Origin: a candidate division FCPU426 bacterium
Lineage (GTDB): Bacteria; Oederibacteriota; Muellerivitia; Muellerivitales; Muellerivitaceae
Direction: 5' to 3'
DNA: 64,000 nucleotides
Assembly (NCBI GenBank): GCA_963719085.1
Contig: CAVRAL010000005.1
Location: 1 to 64,000 of the forward strand
The position numbers and the translations under genes are program-made. Under the pieces are notes generated by a model that ran no database searches, was not told the origin of the DNA, and saw nothing but the letters and a program-made list of their open reading frames with translations. Below, piece by piece: positions 53,484 to 63,504 of this stretch (position 1 is the first letter of the stretch; each line of letters begins with the position of its first letter).

Positions 53484-53891
53484 TTAGGATTCTTCCAGCC
53501 GAGTCAAAGCCTCTTCCCAGGCTTCTTCCATGCTGACCACTTCCCCCTCGGCGATGACTTCGTGCAGGAAACGCTTTAGTTTCGGCGCGTCCTCGACGTC
53601 CATCTCGTTTTCCCGGAGGACTTCGGTCACATCCTCGAGGGTGATGTGATCGAGAATTTCCTCGGCCTCACCCTGGAAAAGACGGCGAGCCTCTATTTTT
53701 TCGACGGAGCTGTTTTTTTCCTCTTCGTCATCATCCTCGTCATCGTCGTCGTCTTCCTCTTCTTTTTCGGCGCTGTCCAGGTCAATGGTGTCCTCGTCGT
53801 CGTCCGCGTCATCATCCTCTTCGTCGGCCGCCGCGTCGTCATCATCCAAATCCTCGATATCATCTTCATCATGATTGCTTTTACGAGCCAA
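53484..53891 (-). CDS. Highly acidic hypothetical protein
   Basis: Probable TTG start at 53891 after a G-rich RBS, then a long Asp/Glu tract and a helical C-terminal part. Confidence 0.7.
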   Translation of the reverse strand: MARKSNHDEDDIEDLDDDDAAADEEDDDADDDEDTIDLDSAEKEEEDDDDDEDDDEEEKNSSVEKIEARRLFQGEAEEILDHITLEDVTEVLRENEMDVEDAPKLKRFLHEVIAEGEVVSMEEAWEEALTRLEES

Positions 53892-53976
53892 GATGAACCC
53901 CCCGATTGGATTTAAGAAGGAATAAACCAAACTTCGCCCCAATGAATACTTCGACTTTAAAAAGAAGTCAAGTGTT

Positions 53977-55737
53977 TCAACTCGGGGTTAAATAACGGCG
54001 GCGTAAATTTTCCCACACGCTTCGGTCCACCAGCTCCACGCCGGAAATTCGGGCCAGGGCCCGGGCCTCAAGGGAAAAATAAGCCGGGGCCATAAGCAAA
54101 CCACGGTAACAAAACTCGGAGGCCATCACATGGCTGAATTCACTCACGATTTCGCCCGGAATTTGAGTGGTTTCGGGGAACTGTTTGGCCAAAACCGCGA
54201 ATTTCCCCCCGATCACGGGATGGGAATGCTCCACCACGGCGATGACCGCCCCGCCGTCGGCCCGGCGGATTTTGGTGATCCGAAACCCTAAGGTTTTTAA
54301 AAAGCGGTCGGTTTCATGCTCAAAATCCAAAAGCGACATTTGGCTCAAATCCAGCAAAAGTCCCTTTTCATCCCCCAGGTTGAAAACCCAGCGCTGGTCA
54401 TAGGCCGGTTCTTTGAGGAGATCTTGAAGACGGCGCCCATCGATTAAATCCACCGCCATCTTCCGGCCGCTGTTCTTGGCTTCCTCGGTGAATTGGCCTG
54501 TCACCAAATAAATTCCCCGCTTGCAGCCCTCTTCCCGGGCCAACTCATCCAATTCCCGAACCAAGTCCGCGTGGACCTGGGCGTTTTCCGGATATTGCCG
54601 GGCCAGGATCATGAATTGCCCCCCTAAAACAGGGTGCTGAAAATCGGCCAACATTTGAAGCGTGCCGCCGGGTATTTTCTTGACCTTCCCCACCTCAAAT
54701 CCCAATTGGGTCAAAAAGGTCTGGGCCAAAGCCTGGAATTCGGACAAAGCGATCCCGCTGAGGGGTTTCTCCCGCTGAGGGTCTTGGCCGCGCGCGGAAT
54801 CTTCCAGCGGCTTCGCTTCTTCCCATCCATCATCGATTTTTTCTTGCTTAGATTCGTAACGAACCTCCAACCGGGGCGCCTGGGCCTTGATGCGCTCCAA
54901 GATCCTGGCGTTCTTGCTTTCTTCCTCGGGAAAAGCCTCCACTTCCATTCCGTCATTGTAACGCAGGTCAAAAACCGCCAGTCCCTTCAAAAGGTTCGCG
55001 TCCGTCAGATGAACCTGGCGGTATATGTCCCGGGTCGCCCGGACGCTTAAAACAGCCCCATCATAAAACTTGGCCTTCCCGCTGATGAAGTTCATCATGG
55101 CGTCAACAATGATGGCCGGCACATTCTCCGAAATGGAGAATCCGGTTTCCAGGATGTGGGCCGTATCCCGCAAGAGTGAATCCCGGAACAACTTGTAATT
55201 CCCGTTCACATCCCCGCCCATCTCGGCGCGGAACATCCGGGCCGCGAACTTGATCCGGGGCACCGTATCAACGACGTGGATGGACTTTATCGCGACCTCG
55301 GGATATTTTTCCTTTAAGGCCAGCCGGAGCAATTCGTCAAAGTGCCCCATGGCGCCCCGGGCCAAGGATTCCTTGCGGGAAATGATGAGGGCCTGTTGTT
55401 GGCGCGCGGTAATCTTATCCGAGGCCGCCTTTTCTTCCCGGTGGCCCGCCATTTTAAAAAGCACGCCCAAAAATAAAACCGTCACGAAAAAACCAAGCCC
55501 CACCGCGTCCATGGGATTTTGCCCGATGAAATCCCAAACTTCCGAAAAAAATCCGCGGATCATGCCCAGGATAAAGCTGTTGAGCATCATGACGAAAACA
55601 AAGAGGACCAGCCCCGCCATCAAAAGGCCGCCCGCTTCCGCCTCCTGCGGGGTGTGCCCTTGATCCGTCAAATGACGTACCACCCACTGGGCGCCGGGAG
55701 TCTTGAGCAAACGTTCCTTCCATTCCGATGGCAGCAT
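53977..55737 (-). CDS. Membrane-anchored protein with two degenerate Mrr-like restriction endonuclease domains
   Basis: Two N-terminal TM segments and two repeats of the Mrr_cat pattern (EFQALAQTFLTQLGF...VRELDE...KRGIYLVTGQFTEEA...VDLIDG and DFEHETDRFLKTLGF...RGLLMAPAYFSLEA...VELVD). Confidence 0.75.
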   Translation of the reverse strand: MLPSEWKERLLKTPGAQWVVRHLTDQGHTPQEAEAGGLLMAGLVLFVFVMMLNSFILGMIRGFFSEVWDFIGQNPMDAVGLGFFVTVLFLGVLFKMAGHREEKAASDKITARQQQALIISRKESLARGAMGHFDELLRLALKEKYPEVAIKSIHVVDTVPRIKFAARMFRAEMGGDVNGNYKLFRDSLLRDTAHILETGFSISENVPAIIVDAMMNFISGKAKFYDGAVLSVRATRDIYRQVHLTDANLLKGLAVFDLRYNDGMEVEAFPEEESKNARILERIKAQAPRLEVRYESKQEKIDDGWEEAKPLEDSARGQDPQREKPLSGIALSEFQALAQTFLTQLGFEVGKVKKIPGGTLQMLADFQHPVLGGQFMILARQYPENAQVHADLVRELDELAREEGCKRGIYLVTGQFTEEAKNSGRKMAVDLIDGRRLQDLLKEPAYDQRWVFNLGDEKGLLLDLSQMSLLDFEHETDRFLKTLGFRITKIRRADGGAVIAVVEHSHPVIGGKFAVLAKQFPETTQIPGEIVSEFSHVMASEFCYRGLLMAPAYFSLEARALARISGVELVDRSVWENLRRRYLTPS

Positions 55738-55834
55738 AGGGACTCTTTCAAGATGCGATTTAAATAACCCGCCGGGAAGCCGATTGGTTTCGAGACGACT
55801 TCATGTTAAAGTCCAAAAACTCCGGAGGCAAGCC

Positions 55835-56530
55835 ATGGATTACGTCAAACGCCTGGAAAAACTGATGACCCGCCTGAGGGCGCCTCACGGCTGTCCCTGG
55901 GACCGCCGCCAAACCCATAAAAGCTTGAAGCCCTATCTTTTAGAGGAAACCCACGAGGTTTTAGACGCCATCGATAAGGGAAACCCGGCCGATCTGCGCG
56001 AGGAATTGGGCGACCTTTTACTTCAAGTTATTTTCCATTCCCAAATGGCCAAGGAAAAGGGTTCGTTCAATTTTCAGGCCGTGGCCAAGACCATCGGCGA
56101 CAAGCTGATCCGCCGGCATCCCCATGTTTTTCAGCGAGCCGGGGGCGTAAGCCGTAAAATCAAAGACATCAATCAAAAATGGGAGCAACTCAAAAGGCAG
56201 GAAAAACCTGAGCGAAAGTCCGCTCTCGACGGGCTTCCCAAATCCCTGCCCGCGCTTCTCCGGGCCCAGCGGATGCAGGAAAAAATATCGAAAACAGGCA
56301 GACCGAAATCAAGCACCAAGGCGCGGATCGACGAGAACTTGAAAATCTTCAAAAAATCGGCTGCCCACAAAAATCGGAGCCGCCAAGAAAAAGCCCTGGG
56401 CGAAATGCTTTTAAGCCTCACCCGGTGGGCCCAGGCCCGGGGTATCCACGCCGAAATGGCGCTCCAAGCCGCGGCTTCCCGTTACGAGAAGGAGTTCAGG
56501 AAATCCGAGCGGCGGATCAAACACCCCTAA
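55835..56530 (+). CDS. mazG: Nucleoside triphosphate pyrophosphohydrolase MazG
   Basis: LRAPHGCPWDRRQT, EETHEVLDAI, EELGDLLLQV and KLIRRHPHVF, with a GGAGG RBS before the ATG at 55835. The second domain is degenerate. Confidence 0.92.
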   Translation: MDYVKRLEKLMTRLRAPHGCPWDRRQTHKSLKPYLLEETHEVLDAIDKGNPADLREELGDLLLQVIFHSQMAKEKGSFNFQAVAKTIGDKLIRRHPHVFQRAGGVSRKIKDINQKWEQLKRQEKPERKSALDGLPKSLPALLRAQRMQEKISKTGRPKSSTKARIDENLKIFKKSAAHKNRSRQEKALGEMLLSLTRWAQARGIHAEMALQAAASRYEKEFRKSERRIKHP

Positions 56531-56533
56531 CAA

Positions 56534-56693
56534 AAACTATTTAACATTGATAAAAGCGGATGAACACTGATGGGAAAACATTTAATCTTTTGTCCGCCTA
56601 ACATCTGCGTCCGCGTCGCTTCTCCATATGGTAGTTAGGGGAGAGCGACATTGCCCCGGGCATCTTCGACTTCAATAAGGAGGCCCGGGACAT
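56534..56693. repeat. Intergenic dispersed repeat, copy B
   Basis: Diverged reverse complement of 52320-52491. Confidence 0.85.
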
Positions 56694-56718
56694 CATTGTT
56701 AAAATGCATTTGTCTGAG

Positions 56719-57642
56719 CTATTTTATCTTTTTCACCAGGATCACCCAAATTACCCAGCCCAAAAAGATCATGCCGAGGGTCAAAAGACTGTAGGAAAGC
56801 CATCCGCTGATGGCTTTGGTGGCTTCGCTGTATTCCGACATTCCGCCGATTCCCGCGATCAGATTGAGCGGAAGAAAAACGATGTTGATGATGGTCAGGT
56901 CTTTCAGAAGCCGGTTCATATTGTTATTGATGATGCTGGCCCGGGCGTCCATCAAACCCGAAAGCACCGTGGAATAAATCTCCGCCTGTTTGGCGCATTG
57001 ATGATGCTCAATGATAATGTCTTCCATTAACCCCAATTCCCCCGAAGTGAACCCGATCCTTTCCCATTCTTTATGGAGCTTGGCCAAAACCGTGTTATTG
57101 GCTTCCAGCGCGTCGATGTAGTAAATCAGGTTCTCGCCCAGGGTGAACATCTGCAACAGGTATTGGTTGCCCAACGACGCGTTGAGCTTCTCCTGGATTT
57201 CCCCCGTCAATTGCTTAATGGCCTTCAGATGCCCGAGAAAATGATGGATGGTGTGCTGCAGGATTCGCAGCAAAAGATCCGGAAGCGAGGCCGTTCCTTG
57301 AAATTCTTTTTCCTTAAAAGGAATGACGCCTTCGCTGAGGATGATGGTCAGACGGTTCTTTTGCAGGTACAAACCGATGGAAGAAACTTCCAGTTTAAAT
57401 TGCCGGGCGAAAGACGTGTTATTGGGCCGCTTCCAAATGACGTAAAGATCATCCTGGAGGCACTCCATCCTGGAAATTTCATCCGGATCCAGTGCCGACT
57501 CCAGCGCGTGAGGATCCAAATGGAGATTGCCCAGCAATTCTTTTTTCTCGCCCTCGTCCGGCAGGGTGTAGATCACCACATTGGACTGGGGCCCATCGCA
57601 TTCCATGACCTGGCCGTCTTTTAATTGAAAAAATTCTTTCAT
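56719..57642 (-). CDS. CorA-family Mg2+/divalent cation transporter
   Basis: ALDPDEISR, NNNMNRLLKDLTII and GGMSE (a GMN variant), followed by two C-terminal TM helices. Confidence 0.85.
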   Translation of the reverse strand: MKEFFQLKDGQVMECDGPQSNVVIYTLPDEGEKKELLGNLHLDPHALESALDPDEISRMECLQDDLYVIWKRPNNTSFARQFKLEVSSIGLYLQKNRLTIILSEGVIPFKEKEFQGTASLPDLLLRILQHTIHHFLGHLKAIKQLTGEIQEKLNASLGNQYLLQMFTLGENLIYYIDALEANNTVLAKLHKEWERIGFTSGELGLMEDIIIEHHQCAKQAEIYSTVLSGLMDARASIINNNMNRLLKDLTIINIVFLPLNLIAGIGGMSEYSEATKAISGWLSYSLLTLGMIFLGWVIWVILVKKIK

Positions 57643-57736
57643 GAAGTCTCCGGGCGTCTCGGGTCAAATGGGATGGGCATTAAGCCCGCTCGGTATTGAC
57701 GGAAAGGCACAGGCTCATCAAGCGGGTGTAAAAAAA

Positions 57737-58399
57737 CTACTTCACTTGATAAAGTTTCTTGTCGGGTAGGGAAAGCGCCGTTAGGAAACCCCCATAAACG
57801 CAGCCCGTATCCAAATTGATCCGGTCTTTGGACAGCTCCACTTTCTCAATGGGCGTATGGCCGTGGACCACCAATTTGGGGGTCGGGCGGGGATCCTGCA
57901 AAAATTTCCGGCGGATCCACAAAAGGTCATCCGCCTCTTGTTGGTTTAAAGGCCTGTCGAGATTAACCCCCGCGTGGCAGAAAAAATAATCCGGCGTCTC
58001 ATAGGTCAAAACCAAGGCGTTTAACAGTTCCACATGCGTATGAGGGATATAGGACTGAAGCAAAACATGGGCCCCTTCCCCCCGAACCTCATCCAGTTTT
58101 TCCTGGGACACATAGGACTGCAAAGTCTGATGCCCGCCGTTTAAAAGCCAATTGGAAGCCGCCAAGGAATTGGGCGTCCCCAGCCAGTCCAGCAGCATCT
58201 GCTCGTGGTTTCCGCGCAACAAGTGCCAATTGGGCTTCTGCTCCTTCACCAAATAATCTAAAACGCCCTTGCTGTCCGGACCGCGGTCGATATAGTCCCC
58301 TAAAAAAACCAGCTCATCTTCCGGCTTCACCGGCAATTGAGCCAAGAGTTCTTTGAGTTGTTCCAAGCAGCCGTGAATGTCACCGATGGCGTATATCAA
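57737..58399 (-). CDS. Metallophosphoesterase (PrpA/PPP-like Ser/Thr phosphatase family)
   Basis: GDIHG, GDYIDRG, RGNHE, HAG, HGHTP and DTG motifs. Confidence 0.92.
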   Translation of the reverse strand: MIYAIGDIHGCLEQLKELLAQLPVKPEDELVFLGDYIDRGPDSKGVLDYLVKEQKPNWHLLRGNHEQMLLDWLGTPNSLAASNWLLNGGHQTLQSYVSQEKLDEVRGEGAHVLLQSYIPHTHVELLNALVLTYETPDYFFCHAGVNLDRPLNQQEADDLLWIRRKFLQDPRPTPKLVVHGHTPIEKVELSKDRINLDTGCVYGGFLTALSLPDKKLYQVK

Positions 58400-58417
58400 T
58401 TGATTCTCCCGTTAAAC

Positions 58418-60685
58418 TTATTGGCCAAACAAATTTTTAATCAGATTCTTCCCGGCGTCCACCGCCGCGCTTCCCAGGTGTTTACCGATATTTTTCTTGA
58501 TCCGCGCCCAATCGTAAGAATAGTGATTGTCCGCCGCCTTCCCTGTGAAGGTAAAGTCCACCGGAATATTCCCCTTGTCATCCGCGAACCAATCCAGGTT
58601 TTTGGCCTGGCCCTTTAATAGATCCGGCAGGGCCGCGTCCACGGCGTCCGAATTCAGATATTGTTCCTTGAGGTCGCATTGAACCTTCATATCGGGCGAA
58701 TAGGCCATCGTCACGCAGTCAATTCCGCCCGTTTCCCGCACCGCCCCCACCTTCCCCTCGGTGTTGGCCGTATAGGAGAAAACCTTGTTTTTCATGGCCA
58801 GGTTGCCCGTGATCTGATCAAAATCGATCTCATTGCTCGAGCTCTTCATGAACTTATTGATCGCCGTTACCGCGGCTAAATCCTGAACCTTGGACTTGGT
58901 TAAGGCGTAGTTTCCCGCCCCCTTGAGGTTGGTGATCATCTCGTCGCCCGACAAGCCTTTTCCGGTTCCCGCGTAAGACAGGTTCAAATTCCCGTAAAAC
59001 TTATCTTTGTAGGAACTGTAGTCCTTGGTGGTCACATAAGCGTCGATGCTGGCATCGATGGCTTTCTGAATGTTCACGTTTTTAAGAACCAAAGCGTAGC
59101 CATAGGCTTGGGAGTTAAAGGTATAGGTCACGCCCGCCTCACCCGCGCCGTCGAAAGAATTAAAGCGAATGCCGGGAACCCGTACCACATTACCCGTGAA
59201 ATTGATGGGGCCGGTCATATTTTGAAGATAGGGCTCCTGGGGCAGGGTAATTCCCACGTCCTTCAAAAGAATTTGGCCATTCACGCTGAAAGACGCCGCC
59301 TTGCCTCCGGTCTCGGAAACGGACAAGTTGACGGAACCGGTCCCGTCAAAAGTGGCCCTTTTCAATTTAGGAATCATGGCCGGCAGACCGCCAAAAGGAA
59401 GGGCCTGGGAATGGATCTCGCCCGAGTAAGAACCATCGGCCCGGTAATGAAACGCCCCGGTTACTTCCCAATTATCGTAAGAAACCTTGAGGGAGGGGAC
59501 GTCGTAAATTCCACGGTTCAATTGGTTGATCGTCTTAAAGTCGACCTTACAAGTGGTCGAGGCGGTTTTCACGAAGAGATCCTTATAGGCCAGGGCCAGC
59601 TTCGACGCGTCCGCCGTGCCCGAAAGCTCCAACCCCTTTTGGGCACTGCCGCCCAAATGGAAATCAACCTCGGCGGGTCCGGTCAAGGACAAACCTTCCG
59701 GCATTTTTGAGAGCGACGCCGGAACGAGGCCGGAAAACTTCAACATGTCCAGGGACGCCGTCCCATCCAGATTCGGCGTGGTGTTCCCCGTCATGTCTTG
59801 TACATCGCCCTGGAGGCCAAAAGCCAGGTCATTGACCTTCCCCTTCACCTCAAGTTCCTTGAGTGTCTGGTCCGCCAGGAAATAACGGAAGGAGCCGCCG
59901 ACGACCATGTGGTAGGCGGTTTTGTTGTAGGAAAAAGGCGCGTCCAACTCAAAAACCGTCTTCCCCCCAACCATGGAGATGTTTTTCACGGTCAAATTCA
60001 GGTCTTGCAGATCCGACTTTTGGGTCGGCGAGGTTGTCTCATCCAAATAAACCAGTTTTCCGTGCTCGATCTTCACGCTGTCCACCGAGAGAAGCAAACC
60101 GGTTTTTGACGGAGCCGCGGTCGAAGTCTCACCGGCCCAAGCGGACTCGGCGAAAAAGGAACCAGTCGACATCGCCGTCTCGGGTAATTCACCGGGGACT
60201 TGCGCCCTTTTGTGTTTGGCTGTCTTTTTTTTCTTTTGCGTGGGGACCGCGGGCTCCGGCGCCGCCGGCGCCGTGGACGAACCGGTCATATCGCTGAAAT
60301 TAAATTCGCTGGCGCTGCGGCGCTCCACCAACACTTGAAAATTTTTCAGTTCCACTTGACCCAGGGAAATTTGGCCCCAAAGCAGGGGAAAAAGATGGTA
60401 GGAAATCGAGATTTCATCGGCCGAAAGGAACTTCCCCGGCGCCCATCCGGGCCGGTTGGAAACGGTCAATTGGTTGATCTCAAAACCGCTCAGAACATTG
60501 AATCGAACATCCCCGATGGTGACATCACGTTTCAAAGTCTCCGATAATTTATCGGTGGCCATTTTTTTCAAAACAGCGGGGGGATATTTGACGTGAATAA
60601 TAATGGCGGCGGCCGCCATCAGAATGACCAGCAGGGCTAAAAAGGCCCCGCCGGCGATTAAAGTGAATTTCCAAAATTGACGCAT
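58418..60685 (-). CDS. AsmA-family protein
   Basis: N-terminal TM anchor, then LSETLKRDVTIGDV, a long beta-rich body and a C-terminal IPVDFTFTG. Confidence 0.75.
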   Translation of the reverse strand: MRQFWKFTLIAGGAFLALLVILMAAAAIIIHVKYPPAVLKKMATDKLSETLKRDVTIGDVRFNVLSGFEINQLTVSNRPGWAPGKFLSADEISISYHLFPLLWGQISLGQVELKNFQVLVERRSASEFNFSDMTGSSTAPAAPEPAVPTQKKKKTAKHKRAQVPGELPETAMSTGSFFAESAWAGETSTAAPSKTGLLLSVDSVKIEHGKLVYLDETTSPTQKSDLQDLNLTVKNISMVGGKTVFELDAPFSYNKTAYHMVVGGSFRYFLADQTLKELEVKGKVNDLAFGLQGDVQDMTGNTTPNLDGTASLDMLKFSGLVPASLSKMPEGLSLTGPAEVDFHLGGSAQKGLELSGTADASKLALAYKDLFVKTASTTCKVDFKTINQLNRGIYDVPSLKVSYDNWEVTGAFHYRADGSYSGEIHSQALPFGGLPAMIPKLKRATFDGTGSVNLSVSETGGKAASFSVNGQILLKDVGITLPQEPYLQNMTGPINFTGNVVRVPGIRFNSFDGAGEAGVTYTFNSQAYGYALVLKNVNIQKAIDASIDAYVTTKDYSSYKDKFYGNLNLSYAGTGKGLSGDEMITNLKGAGNYALTKSKVQDLAAVTAINKFMKSSSNEIDFDQITGNLAMKNKVFSYTANTEGKVGAVRETGGIDCVTMAYSPDMKVQCDLKEQYLNSDAVDAALPDLLKGQAKNLDWFADDKGNIPVDFTFTGKAADNHYSYDWARIKKNIGKHLGSAAVDAGKNLIKNLFGQ

Positions 60686-60772
60686 CGATCGTGCCTCCCG
60701 GGCATCCCTAAAAGGGTTTGTTTAGGGTTCCCATTTTAGCAGGAACCCCCGGGACTTTCCGACCGTTTGGAC

Positions 60773-61993
60773 TTATTTTTTCAAAGCCAACTTGGCCTTT
60801 TCAGTGGGAACAAAGGCGGCTTCTTTTTTGACTTCCAACTTCGCTTCCATCTTTTCCTTAGCGCCCACGGCCGCCAGCGGGGCAGCCGATGATGCCGGCG
60901 CCGCCTTCGGCGCAGACGAAGCCCCCGAAGGCGCAGTCCCCGCGGGGGAGGACAAAGCCCCCGAAGGGGACAAAGTCTCCGAGGTGGAAGACGCCGCCGT
61001 GGGGATCAACCCGGATTTTTCCTTCACTTTTTTCTCAATCTGGGCGTAGACGTCGGCGTTTTCCTTCAGGAAGGTCTTAGCCGCCTCGCGGCCTTGCCCC
61101 AATTTCACCTCCCCGTAGCTTAGCCAAGTACCGCTCTTGTCGATGACTTCCATCGTAACCGCCGTATCGATCAAGCTGCCTTCTTTTGAGACTCCCAAAC
61201 CAAAGATGATGTCGAAAAAAGCCTCCCGGAAAGGCTGGGCGGTCTTATTTTTCACGACCTTGACCTTGACCTTATTGCCGATATTTACATCACCGTTTTT
61301 GATCGCTTCCACCCGGCGGATGTCCAAGCGCATGGAAGAATAAAATTTGAGGGCCCGGCCGCCGGGAGTGGTTTCGGGGCTTCCAAACATGACGCCGATC
61401 TTTTCCCGGATTTGGTTGATGAAGATGGCTGAGGTGTGGGATTTGGCCAGTAAGGCGGTGAGTTTTCGCAAGGCCTGGCTCATCAAGCGGGCCTGCAAGC
61501 CCACATGGGCGTCGCCCATTTCCCCTTCGAGTTCGGCCCGGGGCGCCAAGGCGGCCACAGAGTCGATCACCAGCACGTCGATCGCGCCGGAACGGATCAG
61601 CGTATCGGCGATTTGGAGCGCTTCTTCCGCCGAATCCGGCTGGGAAATAAGCAGTTCGTTCACATTCACGCCAAGCTTGGCCGCGTAAACCGGATCCATG
61701 GCGTGTTCGGCGTCGATAAAGACCGCGGTTCCGCCGGCCTTTTGGGCCTCGGCCACGATATGAAGCGTCAAGGTCGTCTTACCGGAGGATTCCGGTCCGT
61801 AAATCTCAATGATGCGGCCCCGGGGAACGCCGCCGATGCCGGTAGCGATATCCAATGAAATAGCGCCGGTCGAAATGGCCTTCACATCCTGTACCTTGGC
61901 TTCACCCAAGCGCATGATCGCGCCTTTGCCGTGGTCTTTTTCGATCTGTAAGATCGCCATATCCAACGCTTTTTGCTTTTCGGTTGCGGCCAT
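60773..61993 (-). CDS. recA: Recombinase RecA with an extended C-terminal tail
   Basis: [26 protein letters not shown] and [10 protein letters not shown], with an AAGGAG RBS before the ATG at 61993. Confidence 0.98.
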   Translation of the reverse strand: MAATEKQKALDMAILQIEKDHGKGAIMRLGEAKVQDVKAISTGAISLDIATGIGGVPRGRIIEIYGPESSGKTTLTLHIVAEAQKAGGTAVFIDAEHAMDPVYAAKLGVNVNELLISQPDSAEEALQIADTLIRSGAIDVLVIDSVAALAPRAELEGEMGDAHVGLQARLMSQALRKLTALLAKSHTSAIFINQIREKIGVMFGSPETTPGGRALKFYSSMRLDIRRVEAIKNGDVNIGNKVKVKVVKNKTAQPFREAFFDIIFGLGVSKEGSLIDTAVTMEVIDKSGTWLSYGEVKLGQGREAAKTFLKENADVYAQIEKKVKEKSGLIPTAASSTSETLSPSGALSSPAGTAPSGASSAPKAAPASSAAPLAAVGAKEKMEAKLEVKKEAAFVPTEKAKLALKK

Positions 61994-62071
61994 GAGACTC
62001 TCCTTGAAGATGATCACTTTCGTGCAAGAAGGGCACCATCACGACTTTTAAAAGCCCCTCTATGCGAAAAA

Positions 62072-62100
62072 AGAATACAGGCGTATACCACTCGATTCAA
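62072..62100 (-). promoter_or_regulatory. Candidate sigma70-type recA promoter with an overlapping palindrome
   Basis: TTGAAT-N17-TATTCT on the minus strand, with ATAC-N4-GTAT at 62075-62086. Confidence 0.55.
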
Positions 62101-62164
62101 GCCTTTTTTTTATTTTTTTTAGGGGGTATCCGAAGGTCCCAAAAAGGACCTTTTCAGCTCTAGG

Positions 62165-62917
62165 TTAAAGGAACAACCGGGGGTCTTGGACGCCCAGGTT
62201 TTCTTTACTGAAAAAGGGCTCGCCGGTTTGGGTGCCGATCATCGAGCCAAAAAAACGGTTGGCGGTTGAGACAAACTCCAGGGCTTTGCTACCCGGCTTT
62301 TTAATGAATTGGCTTTCGTAGCAACGGATGACTTCGAGTTTTTGGTTGTGATAGGCCGAAGTATCCACGATGAAAGAGGGTTGGACGTTGGGCCGCAAAT
62401 GGGAGCACAAGTGATAATAAAGTTTCGGCGCGTACCAGGGACCGCCCTTCATATCGGTCTTCACCAGCTTGGCCCAAAAACGGGCGGCCTCCACCAACTG
62501 GGAAGCGCCCCAATGGTCCGGATGGGCGTCCACCCAATAAGGCGCGAATAGAATCCGAGGCTGGTATCGGCGGATCACCTCCGCCACTTTTCGGCGGGCC
62601 GGCAAGGTGTCTTGGAGCGATCGGTTTTTTAAGGGAAGAATTAAATAATCATCCAGCTTAAGAAGCCGGGCCGCTTGGGCGGCCTCCTTCAACCGGGTGG
62701 CGTGGTTTCCATAGGGCGTCGGTTCCCCGTCGGTCAGATGGCAGACCACCACTTTGGCGCCCTGGGCCTTGAGCGAAAGAAGCGTGCCGCTCATGGCGAT
62801 TTCCACATCATCCGGATGGGCCCCAAAAGCCAGCACATCGACCTTAAAATCCAAAGCGCCGCCACCGGGCGCCACGGTTTCAAAAGTTCTTATTTTTTTA
62901 CCGCGGGAAGCCGCCAT
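62165..62917 (-). CDS. bshB1: PIG-L family deacetylase, BshB1-like
   Basis: AHPDDVE, LTDGE, DAHPDH and KLEVIRCYESQF motifs. Confidence 0.75.
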   Translation of the reverse strand: MAASRGKKIRTFETVAPGGGALDFKVDVLAFGAHPDDVEIAMSGTLLSLKAQGAKVVVCHLTDGEPTPYGNHATRLKEAAQAARLLKLDDYLILPLKNRSLQDTLPARRKVAEVIRRYQPRILFAPYWVDAHPDHWGASQLVEAARFWAKLVKTDMKGGPWYAPKLYYHLCSHLRPNVQPSFIVDTSAYHNQKLEVIRCYESQFIKKPGSKALEFVSTANRFFGSMIGTQTGEPFFSKENLGVQDPRLFL

Positions 62918-63120
62918 AAAAATCCTTCCGAATTTGAACCCTTAGTTTACTCCGACTCGGCTGAAACAAAACGGAACGATTCACTTCACAAAACAAGACC
63001 TGTTGAAACATTGATGGAGGCTGATAAAGGCCGATTTTTACGCCTCAAATATCAGCCTTCATCCGCACTTATCATTGTTTCAAAAGCCGGACCTTGCCCA
63101 ATTTGTAAAAAAATAGTTCC

Positions 63121-63155
63121 AAAACAAAAAAAGCCCCCATCGGTTGGATGGAGGC
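63121..63155 (-). terminator. Rho-independent terminator after the cold-shock gene
   Basis: GCCCCCATC/GATGGAGGC stem with an adjacent A-run (T-tract on the minus strand). Confidence 0.7.
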
Positions 63156-63174
63156 CTGGATCGATGGGTCGAAA

Positions 63175-63381
63175 TCAGTTCGCTTTAGCGATCACGTTCG
63201 CGGCTTGTTTGCCCTTGGCGCCTTGAACGATCTCAAATTCCACTTCCTGGCCGGCGGTCAAGGTTTTGAAGCCGTCTCCCGTAATCGCGGAGAAGTGAAC
63301 GAATAAATCCTCGCCCCCGTCTTGTTCGATGAAGCCATAGCCCTTCCCGGCGTTAAACCACTTAACTCGACCCATTGGCAT
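63175..63381 (-). CDS. Cold-shock protein (CspA family)
   Basis: [21 protein letters not shown] and QAANV. Confidence 0.95.
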   Translation of the reverse strand: MPMGRVKWFNAGKGYGFIEQDGGEDLFVHFSAITGDGFKTLTAGQEVEFEIVQGAKGKQAANVIAKAN

Positions 63382-63504
63382 TTCCCGAACCCCTTGTCTT
63401 TCAGCATCTAGTTCACTGCCCGCGCCATGGATGCTTTTCATGACTTGCATTAAGTCTAAGTTAAAAAAAATATTTAATCAACCGCCCCTACCCATTGACG
63501 CAAA

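Noticed and set aside
53977..56530. Bona fide restriction or anti-phage defence island
   Set aside because: The Mrr-like catalytic residues are missing, no methyltransferase or other defence genes are adjacent, and mazG is of the common two-domain housekeeping type.
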